From: Anaerolineales bacterium
GTDB taxonomy: Bacteria; Chloroflexota; Anaerolineae; Anaerolineales; DRKV01
NCBI GenBank assembly: GCA_034429745.1
Contig: DAOUFY010000108.1
Location: 4,136-68,135 of the forward strand
Reading direction: 5' to 3'
DNA: 64,000 nucleotides
This document shows, piece by piece, positions 9,244-15,959 of this stretch. The position numbers were made by a program, and so were the translations under genes. Below the pieces are notes generated by a model. The model searched no databases and was not told where the DNA came from. It saw nothing but the letters and a program-made list of their open reading frames with translations. Every line of letters begins with the position of its first letter. The stretch's first letter is position 1.

Positions 9244-9867
9244 CTACTTCAAATGTGGATCACCATAACCACAAACAAATAAATCAACTTCACCATCTGC
9301 GGCGTCTAAACCCCATGGATCACAGCCGCATTCGTGAATGTTTTTTGTGCAAGAGGAACATGTTTGTACTTGGCACCAGTCGTAGCACACTTGCGCTTCA
9401 TAAGCAGTTCGAAAACTTTTGCAAGTGATATTGGTCGCTTCACAATCGCACTCTCCCTTCACTGAGACCGGGGTAATTAATGCCGCAGCAGAAATACATT
9501 TTCCTTCCGGATCTTTTGTACATTCTGTAGGTTGTGAGGCTGGAATGTAAATTCGGGTAGGAGTTGGGATGAGGGTTGGAGTATTGGTTGGCAATGGTGT
9601 ACTGGTAGGAAGCGGGGTGTTGGTAGGAGTTGATGTGGGCAGCGGAGTATCCGTGGGAAACGCAGCTAGCGTTTCTGCTATGGCAGTTTCAGCAAAGCCG
9701 GCCGGCAAGGGTGTTTTGGCTGCTGAAAAGGCGCTGCCAATTGCTGAAATGATCAAATAAATGACCACTACGAACACGATGAGTGATATGCTGCCTATGG
9801 CTATCACCACCGCAATATTTTTCTGGTTTGTTTTTTGGCTTCTAATCATACTTGTTGTGTTCTCCAA
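9244..9867 (-). CDS. Membrane-anchored secreted protein: Pro/Thr-rich linker plus a Cys-rich Excalibur-like domain
   Basis: N-terminal TM segment (IAVVIAIGSISLIVFVVVIYLIISAIG) and a degenerate TPLPTSTP repeat linker. The C-terminal roughly 95 aa contain many Cys plus CKSFRTAYEAQ ... DPWGLDAADGE...C, which resembles the Excalibur Ca-binding motif. Confidence 0.55.
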   Translation of the reverse strand: MENTTSMIRSQKTNQKNIAVVIAIGSISLIVFVVVIYLIISAIGSAFSAAKTPLPAGFAETAIAETLAAFPTDTPLPTSTPTNTPLPTSTPLPTNTPTLIPTPTRIYIPASQPTECTKDPEGKCISAAALITPVSVKGECDCEATNITCKSFRTAYEAQVCYDWCQVQTCSSCTKNIHECGCDPWGLDAADGEVDLFVCGYGDPHLK

Positions 9868-9898
9868 AACATGATTCTAACTTTATTATAGCACATTG

Positions 9899-10621
9899 TT
9901 ACATAGAATTTTTACGGATTGAATAAATATCTCTTATCATCTGAATGGTATCTCGAACAAGGTTCAGCTTGCTTTCGGGATTAAAGTACCAATGAATGGG
10001 TACTTCGACAATTCTATAGTGATGTTTACGGGCAAGAAAAAGAATTTCAACGTCGAATGCCCATCCCATTTGAGTCTGTAATTTAAAAAGGTTTTCTGCA
10101 GCTTGAGCTGTAAAGCACTTAAACCCGCATTGAGTATCCCGTAATCCTGGTAAAGCCAACCAACGAATGAGTAGGTTAATAAACCTGCCTCCCCAGTGAC
10201 GATAGAGAGGTTCGTTGTATCTAACTGCTCCATTAGCTTCACGCGAGCCAATAGCAACATCATAGTTATTTAATAATGGAGGCAAGAAAAGGGAAATTTC
10301 TTCAATCGGCATGGAGAGATCGGCATCGGCCATGAAACGATAAGCACCTTGGGCAGCAAGCATACCGCGCTGAACAGCCCGTCCTTTGCCTTTTTGCTCT
10401 TCATGAATGGCTGTGATGGTAACTTGAGCATTAGATAGGTTCTGGCTGGCATGTTGAGCAATGCGGAATGTATCATCCTGACTTCCATTTTCAATAATCA
10501 ACACTTCAGAAGTGTAGTTCTGCTGCTTAAGGAAACTGAGGATTTTTTCTAATGTGCTAGGCAAGCGCTTGGCTTCATTGTGAGCTGGGATAATAATTGA
10601 AAGATAGATATCCTTATTCAT
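9899..10621 (-). CDS. Family 2 glycosyltransferase (polyprenyl/dolichyl-phosphate hexosyltransferase-like)
   Basis: LSIIIPAHNE start, a DADL (DxD-type) motif, and QCGFK, typical of GT2 Dpm1/Alg5-like enzymes. Confidence 0.85.
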   Translation of the reverse strand: MNKDIYLSIIIPAHNEAKRLPSTLEKILSFLKQQNYTSEVLIIENGSQDDTFRIAQHASQNLSNAQVTITAIHEEQKGKGRAVQRGMLAAQGAYRFMADADLSMPIEEISLFLPPLLNNYDVAIGSREANGAVRYNEPLYRHWGGRFINLLIRWLALPGLRDTQCGFKCFTAQAAENLFKLQTQMGWAFDVEILFLARKHHYRIVEVPIHWYFNPESKLNLVRDTIQMIRDIYSIRKNSM

Positions 10622-10825
10622 AAATAAGCGTTGTGTTTTTTATGAAATTGTGTTGGTTTAAAAAAGGTAAACTAACTCATATATTATGCAGAGCAAATTT
10701 TGATGCTCATTATATCATGATATCATGAAAAAACTTGAGCATAAGTAGAAACCAGCGGCATAGGTTGATGAGGTTTTTTGCATCTCGCTCTTTCCCTAAG
10801 AAGGAAAACGTGTTAGACTAAACAT

Positions 10826-11812
10826 ATGGGTGCCCAAGCTGTTGCTCTTTCAGTTTTGCCGAATAGGCATCTTCGTCCTCTTGACCGTAAGCGGGATTTG
10901 CATGCTGTGGCTGACCTCATTGAATTGTGTTTTGCAGATACATTGGATGAAGACGGGCGCAATTATATAAAACGCATGCGCTTTCTCTCTACTCAACAAA
11001 ACTCCGCTCTATCTGCATGGAATGATGAAAGCATGAGGATGGGGGGATATGTTTGGGAAGTTGATGGAAAGATTGTAGGGAATTTGAGTGTGCTTTCTTA
11101 TGCAGGTATTTTGTATCCTTTTGATTTGAAAGTGATGATGATTGCTAATGTAGCCGTGCATCCTCAATACAGGCGCCAAGGTATTGCTAGACAGTTGACC
11201 CAAAGAGCTGTAAATGATTTGAGGCGGCTGGAAAATGTGCCGATCTGGCTGCATGTGAGGGCTGAGAACCGTTCAGCTTATAACCTGTATGCTTCATTAG
11301 GGTTTGAAGAACGTTTTCGCCGCACGCTTTGGATTCATAAATCGCCTTTGGAGATGATTGATCTTGAAAAGCCACACACAACCGTTGCTGTAAAAGAACG
11401 AGCTAAAAAAGATTGGCAACAGCAAAAGGATTGGTTTCTACGGACATATCCGCCTGATATGTGGTGGTATTATGCAGTAACACCGCGCTTGCTTAAGCCC
11501 GGTTTCATTGGATTGATGTACAGTCTCCTATCAAACATTAGTGTATTTCAATGGTCGGTATTTTTAAAAAAGCAATTAATTGGTGTTGCAGCTTGGCAGC
11601 CTACTGCACATGCGGCAGATTATTGCTGGCTGATGGTCGAACAAGAGCATGAAGAACAAGCGTTATCCATTGTACTCCCTTATTTAGCTTCTAGGGTTGG
11701 CAGCCGGAAGCCCTTTATGATAGATTATCCGCTTCAAAGAGGGACGGAAGTGCTTCAAAGGCTAGGATTTCGTCCGCATCAAACGTTGATTTGGATGAGT
11801 TATCGTCAATAA
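10826..11812 (+). CDS. GNAT-family N-acetyltransferase with a C-terminal extension
   Basis: Acetyl-CoA binding motif VAVHPQYRRQGIARQL and LYASLGFE. The second half is of unknown function. Confidence 0.75.
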   Translation: MGAQAVALSVLPNRHLRPLDRKRDLHAVADLIELCFADTLDEDGRNYIKRMRFLSTQQNSALSAWNDESMRMGGYVWEVDGKIVGNLSVLSYAGILYPFDLKVMMIANVAVHPQYRRQGIARQLTQRAVNDLRRLENVPIWLHVRAENRSAYNLYASLGFEERFRRTLWIHKSPLEMIDLEKPHTTVAVKERAKKDWQQQKDWFLRTYPPDMWWYYAVTPRLLKPGFIGLMYSLLSNISVFQWSVFLKKQLIGVAAWQPTAHAADYCWLMVEQEHEEQALSIVLPYLASRVGSRKPFMIDYPLQRGTEVLQRLGFRPHQTLIWMSYRQ

Positions 11813-11853
11813 TTGAATAGAGAGAAAAGGGGAAAAAAATTTTTTATCATCTC

Positions 11854-11882
11854 TTGACAAGCTGAGCAGAAAAACATATAAT
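11854..11882 (+). promoter_or_regulatory. Consensus sigma-70 promoter for tRNA-Asn
   Basis: TTGACA (11854-11859), an exact 17-nt spacer, then TATAAT (11877-11882). The tRNA starts 14 nt downstream. Confidence 0.7.
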
Positions 11883-11895
11883 CAGTATGGATTGT

Positions 11896-11968
11896 TCCTC
11901 GGTAGGTCAATCGGCAGAGCAATCGGCTGTTAACCGATGGGTTGCAGGTTCGAGTCCTGCCCGGGGAG
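11896..11968 (+). tRNA. tRNA-Asn (anticodon GTT)
   Basis: Hand-folded cloverleaf. The acceptor stem is UCCUCGG/CCGGGGA with one U-G pair. The anticodon arm is AUCGG-CUGUUAA-CCGAU and the T arm is GCAGG-UUCGAGU-CCUGC. The D stem GGUC/GAGC has a G11-G24 mismatch. No CCA is encoded. Confidence 0.85.
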
Positions 11969-11977
11969 CTGATCTTT

Positions 11978-12035
11978 ATGCCCTCAACGTCAGATGACCA
12001 ATTGCCAAAAATTGATGTAGAGGGCATTTTTATTT
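11978..12035 (+). terminator. Putative terminator after tRNA-Asn
   Basis: ATGCCCTC (11978-11985) pairs with GAGGGCAT (12020-12027) across a long, partly paired loop, followed by TTTTATTT. Confidence 0.5.
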
Positions 12036-12049
12036 AAGAAGTAAAGGTT

Positions 12050-12772
12050 ATGAGCAGTATTCCAAGTGAAAAGAAAGTCATTATTGTTGATCCTGACCCA
12101 AAATATGGGAATCTTATCAGTCAGATATTAAAAGGGGAAGGTTTTACACCTATCGTTGTACAGAAAGGTGAAAAAGCCCTCCGAATTGCTGCAGATGAGG
12201 GCCTATATTTAACCATCACCGAAATAAATCTTTTAGGTGAGATTGATGGTTACGAGCTGGCGCGCCGAATTCGTACATTTTCTGAAATGCCAATACTCTT
12301 TGTTTCCGCTCAGGATGAAACGCAAGCTGTCTTATGGGCTTTTGAGTCTGGGGCAGATGATTTTATTACAAAACCATTTGATGCCAGAGTGCTGATAGCG
12401 CGTATAAAAGCGCATTTGAAGAGGAGCAGCGGAACGAGTGTTCAGGCAACTGAATTGACTTTTCAGCATATTACTATTCATTTAGCAACTCGGCAGGTAA
12501 CTGCTGATGATCAGCTGGTCTATCTCACTGAGACGGAATACAATCTTTTGTTGGAGTTAGCAAAGAATCACGATCGAGTTTTGACACATGAATATTTATT
12601 GAATGCTGTATGGGGTAATGCTTATAAAGACGAAGTAAATTATTTGCGCTCATACGTACACAATCTAAGACGCAAGCTGGAACGAGACCCAGCAAACCCG
12701 CAGCTGATACTCAGCCGCATGGGAGTGGGTTATATGCTTGTTTCTACTGCGCCAGCCGATGGAGGAGGTTGA
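12050..12772 (+). CDS. OmpR/KdpE-like response regulator with an atypical receiver (Glu at the phospho-acceptor position)
   Basis: Receiver plus winged-helix domain (C-terminus LRSYVHNLRRKLERDPANPQLILSRMGVGYML). The end of beta-3 reads YLTITEINLLGEIDG, so Glu replaces the conserved Asp. The N-terminal acidic pair reads VDPDP. The conserved S (FVSA) and K (TKPF) are retained. Confidence 0.85.
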   Translation: MSSIPSEKKVIIVDPDPKYGNLISQILKGEGFTPIVVQKGEKALRIAADEGLYLTITEINLLGEIDGYELARRIRTFSEMPILFVSAQDETQAVLWAFESGADDFITKPFDARVLIARIKAHLKRSSGTSVQATELTFQHITIHLATRQVTADDQLVYLTETEYNLLLELAKNHDRVLTHEYLLNAVWGNAYKDEVNYLRSYVHNLRRKLERDPANPQLILSRMGVGYMLVSTAPADGGG

Positions 12773-12776
12773 TTTT

Positions 12777-14066
12777 ATGCTACCTGGAACTACAGTAAAC
12801 CTGTTTGAAATGGCACAAAAGCAATTTGATCGGATAGCAGATATGCTTGGGCTGGATCAACCCACACGTGATTTTTTGCGTCAGCCAATGCGCGAGACTC
12901 AATTTAGTTTACCAGTGTTTCTTGATAATGGAGATACAGTGGTTTTGCGCGGGCATCATATTCAGCACAATGACAGCCGCGGTCCAACCAAGGGCGGAAT
13001 ACGTTTTCATCCACAAGAAACAGTGGATACAATTCGCGCCTTGGCGATGTGGATGACGTGGAAATGTGCAATTGCCAATTTGCCATTAGGAGGCAGCAGC
13101 AGTGGGGTAGCCTGCGATCCGCATAGCTTAAGCCCGATGGAAATGGAAAGAGTATGTCGCGGTTTTATGCGTAAGTTAGCTCATTTTGTCAATCCACAAG
13201 GGGATATCTTAGGACCTGATATTATGGTGGGCCCTCAGCAACTTTTGTGGATGCTGGATGAATATGAGGTTATTCACGGCAGGAAACAGCCAGGTGTGAT
13301 TACAGGCAAGCCAATCCACCATGCCGGCTCTAAAGGTAGCAAGGAAGCCCCAGGCTTTGGGGTTATGATCACAGTGCGCGAAGCTTTGAAGGATATGGGC
13401 ATTCCTATCGAGCAGACCAAAGCGAGTATCCAAGGCTTTGGCATGGTTGGCAGACATGCTGCTCAACTTTACAGCCAAATGGGCGGCAAAGTTGTCTGTG
13501 TAGCTTGCTGGAATCATGATGATCATACAGCGTATGCTTTTTATCATAAAGAAGGGTTGGATATTGGACGATTGATTGCTATAACAGACGCGTATGGCGA
13601 AATAGATAAAAGAAAAGCAATTGAAATGGGATATGAATGTCTGCCGGGTGAATCTTGGATTGAGCAAGATGTAGATATTTTGGTTCCAGCTGCCCTTGAG
13701 AACCAGATTCGGCACGATAATATCGAGCGCATCAGCATGCGCGTGAAAATTATAGCCGAAGCAGCTAGCGGACCAACAGATCCGGATGTTGATCCTCTAC
13801 TGCAGGAGAGAGGTATTGTAATTATCCCCGACATATTAGCCAATTGCGGCGGAGAGGTATGCAGTTATTTTGAGCAAGTGCAGAGCAATATGAATTATTA
13901 TTGGAGCCAAGATGAGATTCTTAGCAGGCTGGATTCAATTATGACTTCAGCTTACATAGATGTGAGCAAATTTGCTCATGAAAATCAATTGCAGCTGCGC
14001 GAGGCTGCTTATTTATTGGCAGTTGAGCGGGTGGCGCGGGCTTGCCATGAACGCGGCTGGATATAG
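12777..14066 (+). CDS. Glu/Leu/Phe/Val-dehydrogenase family paralogue with a substituted catalytic motif (GDH-like, probably non-canonical)
   Basis: GDH motifs GPTKGGIRFH, MTWKCA and GFGMVG (Rossmann) are present, but the Gly-rich catalytic turn reads LPLGGSSSGVACDP instead of GG[GA]KGG. I prefer the ATG at 12777, 8 nt after GGAGGAGG, over the tracked 12738 start, which overlaps the upstream gene. Confidence 0.85.
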   Translation: MLPGTTVNLFEMAQKQFDRIADMLGLDQPTRDFLRQPMRETQFSLPVFLDNGDTVVLRGHHIQHNDSRGPTKGGIRFHPQETVDTIRALAMWMTWKCAIANLPLGGSSSGVACDPHSLSPMEMERVCRGFMRKLAHFVNPQGDILGPDIMVGPQQLLWMLDEYEVIHGRKQPGVITGKPIHHAGSKGSKEAPGFGVMITVREALKDMGIPIEQTKASIQGFGMVGRHAAQLYSQMGGKVVCVACWNHDDHTAYAFYHKEGLDIGRLIAITDAYGEIDKRKAIEMGYECLPGESWIEQDVDILVPAALENQIRHDNIERISMRVKIIAEAASGPTDPDVDPLLQERGIVIIPDILANCGGEVCSYFEQVQSNMNYYWSQDEILSRLDSIMTSAYIDVSKFAHENQLQLREAAYLLAVERVARACHERGWI

Positions 14067-14078
14067 CCATCTTGTTAA

Positions 14079-15812
14079 ATGTTAACCATAGCACCGAATT
14101 TTCATCTCATTACTCTACGCAAAGGATCTCATAAAACTCAAGCTTTGCTGGAAGGACAAGAAGAATTGGGCGGCAAAGCTCATGGATTGCTTTCGGTTCG
14201 ACATGTGTTGGAGGATCTCCGCCCTCAATTTTTGTCTCAATTGATGCTTGATATACCCAAGCTGACTGTGTTGGGGACAAGTGTGTTTGAAGCATTTATA
14301 GAACGCAACAATTTGCTCGGGATTGCTCTATCGAAATCATCTGACGACCGTATTGCTAACGCGTTTTTGCGAGCAGATATGCCCTTTGAGGTACTGGGAG
14401 AACTGCATAATTTGGTAGAGAATTGGAAAACGCCTCTAGCTATACGCTCTTCCGGCTTGCTGGAAGATACAACCCGCCGACCTTTTGCTGGTGTATATGT
14501 AACAAAGATGATTCCCAATAATCAAGCGAATATCAATGTGCGCTTGCAAAAATTGCTTGAGGCAGTGAAGTTCGTTTGGGCATCTACTTATTTCAAAATT
14601 GCTAAGGATTACTGTAAAGCCACACAACTTGGCATTGAAAGCGAAAAGATGGCAGTCATTATTCAAGAGGTGATTGGCAGAAAACATGGGTCGCGTTTTT
14701 ACCCTGATCTCTCCGGAGTTGCTCGTTCTTATAATTTTTATCCATTCCCACCTGCTAAAACCGAGGATGGAGTCGTCAATTTGGCATTGGGGTTGGGAAA
14801 GACCATTGTTGATGGAGGAAAAAGTTGGATTTATTCGCCTGCATATCCGCATCACCCACCGCCATTTTCTTCTGTTCAAGAACTGCTGGATAAGACTCAG
14901 ACCCATTTTTGGGCAATTAATTTAGGTGAACCGCCGCAGTATGATCCTCTTAAAGAAGCAGAATTTATGCAGCGTGATCATCTTATGACAGCAGATAAAG
15001 ATAGGGTTCTGGCGCTGCTTGCCTCAACATATGATCCGCAGTCAGAACGGGTGAGCATGGGAACTTCAGAAAGAGGACCTAGAATATTGAATTTCGCTCC
15101 CTTGATCACCATGAAAGAGATACCGTTTAATGAGTTGTTGATCAACCTTATGAAGAAGTGTGAGAGTGAGTTTGGCATGCCGGTAGAGATTGAGTTTGCA
15201 GCGACTTTTGAGCCTAATCGGTTTGGTTTCTTGCAAGTTCGCCCAATGGCTATGCCGCGTGGTGATGTGAAAGTTTCAACTAGCGAATTGGCAGGGGATA
15301 ATGTACTCGTCGCTTCGGATGTGGTGCTTGGCAATGGAGTCATTGATGAGATTCAGGACGTGGTGTATGTCATACCAGAGCGTTTTGATCTGAAATATAC
15401 GAAGGATATAGCTGTTGAGCTTGAAGAACACAACAATGCTTTGCTTAGCCTTCAGCGCCCTTATGTGCTTATTGTCTTTGGCAGACTTGGTACATTGGAT
15501 CCATGGCTTGGGATACCCGTGGCTTGGGGGCAAATATGCGGGGCAAAGGTGATAGTAGAAGCTACTCAGAGTAATGTGAGGGTTGAATTAAGTCAAGGTT
15601 CACATTACTTCCATAATATCATCAATTTGGGGGTACTTCATTTTTCCATACCCTTCACAAAACCTTATCATATTCGCTGGGATTGGTTGAAAGAACAGCC
15701 GCTGATTGCAGAAAAAGAATACACCCGGCATGTCTGTTTTAAATCACCTTTGCTGGTTAAAGTTGATGGCCGCAGTGGGCGAGGAGTGATCTTACGCACT
15801 TCTTTAGGTTAA
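14079..15812 (+). CDS. PEP/pyruvate-binding (PPDK N-terminal ATP-grasp) domain protein without a phosphohistidine swivel domain
   Basis: GGKAHGL ... LAIRSSGLLED ... FAGVY, typical of the PPDK_N nucleotide-binding domain. No GGxTSHAAI-type mobile His motif was seen. The C-terminal roughly 200 aa are uncharacterised. Confidence 0.8.
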   Translation: MLTIAPNFHLITLRKGSHKTQALLEGQEELGGKAHGLLSVRHVLEDLRPQFLSQLMLDIPKLTVLGTSVFEAFIERNNLLGIALSKSSDDRIANAFLRADMPFEVLGELHNLVENWKTPLAIRSSGLLEDTTRRPFAGVYVTKMIPNNQANINVRLQKLLEAVKFVWASTYFKIAKDYCKATQLGIESEKMAVIIQEVIGRKHGSRFYPDLSGVARSYNFYPFPPAKTEDGVVNLALGLGKTIVDGGKSWIYSPAYPHHPPPFSSVQELLDKTQTHFWAINLGEPPQYDPLKEAEFMQRDHLMTADKDRVLALLASTYDPQSERVSMGTSERGPRILNFAPLITMKEIPFNELLINLMKKCESEFGMPVEIEFAATFEPNRFGFLQVRPMAMPRGDVKVSTSELAGDNVLVASDVVLGNGVIDEIQDVVYVIPERFDLKYTKDIAVELEEHNNALLSLQRPYVLIVFGRLGTLDPWLGIPVAWGQICGAKVIVEATQSNVRVELSQGSHYFHNIINLGVLHFSIPFTKPYHIRWDWLKEQPLIAEKEYTRHVCFKSPLLVKVDGRSGRGVILRTSLG

Positions 15813-15857
15813 GGTAAAAATTTCATTTACCTTATTTCCCTTATTATTGTTTTTTTG
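15811..15857 (+). terminator. Putative terminator ending the RR/GDH-like/PPDK_N operon
   Basis: AAGGTAAA (15811-15818) / TTTACCTT (15826-15833) form a perfect 8-bp stem, followed by a T-rich tail ending in T7. Confidence 0.5.
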
Positions 15858-15902
15858 ATGAAATCTTGATACTATTGGCGCAATTTTGATGATATCTTAA
15901 TA
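15853..15902 (+). promoter_or_regulatory. Direct repeat pair upstream of gdhA (candidate operator)
   Basis: TTTTGATGAAATCTTGATA (15853-15871) and TTTTGATGATATCTTAATA (15884-15902) match at 17 of 19 positions. They are 31 bp apart start to start and lie about 60-110 nt upstream of the gdhA ATG. Confidence 0.35.
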
Positions 15903-15959
15903 GTTCTTGTGTTATAAAGAACCTATCTAAACTATATTGACTTAAGGAGGTTTTAGGTT

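Noticed and set aside
9540-9670. Degenerate short repeats (GGTGT/GGAGT-rich on the + strand)
   Set aside because: They are the reverse complement of the Pro/Thr-rich linker codons of the 9244-9867 gene, not an independent repeat element.
11806-12027. 73-aa ORF on the - strand
   Set aside because: It runs antisense straight through the tRNA-Asn gene, its promoter and its terminator. The tRNA explains the region.
12738-12776. Upstream extension of the GDH-like ORF (tracked start at 12738)
   Set aside because: It would overlap the regulator gene by 35 nt and add a non-homologous N-terminus. The ATG at 12777 has a GGAGGAGG SD at the correct spacing.
13209-13715. 168-aa antisense ORF within the GDH-like gene, and similar antisense ORFs at 14436-14906 and 14978-15343
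   Set aside because: These are shadow ORFs opposite well-supported coding frames, with no motifs and no ribosome-binding sites.
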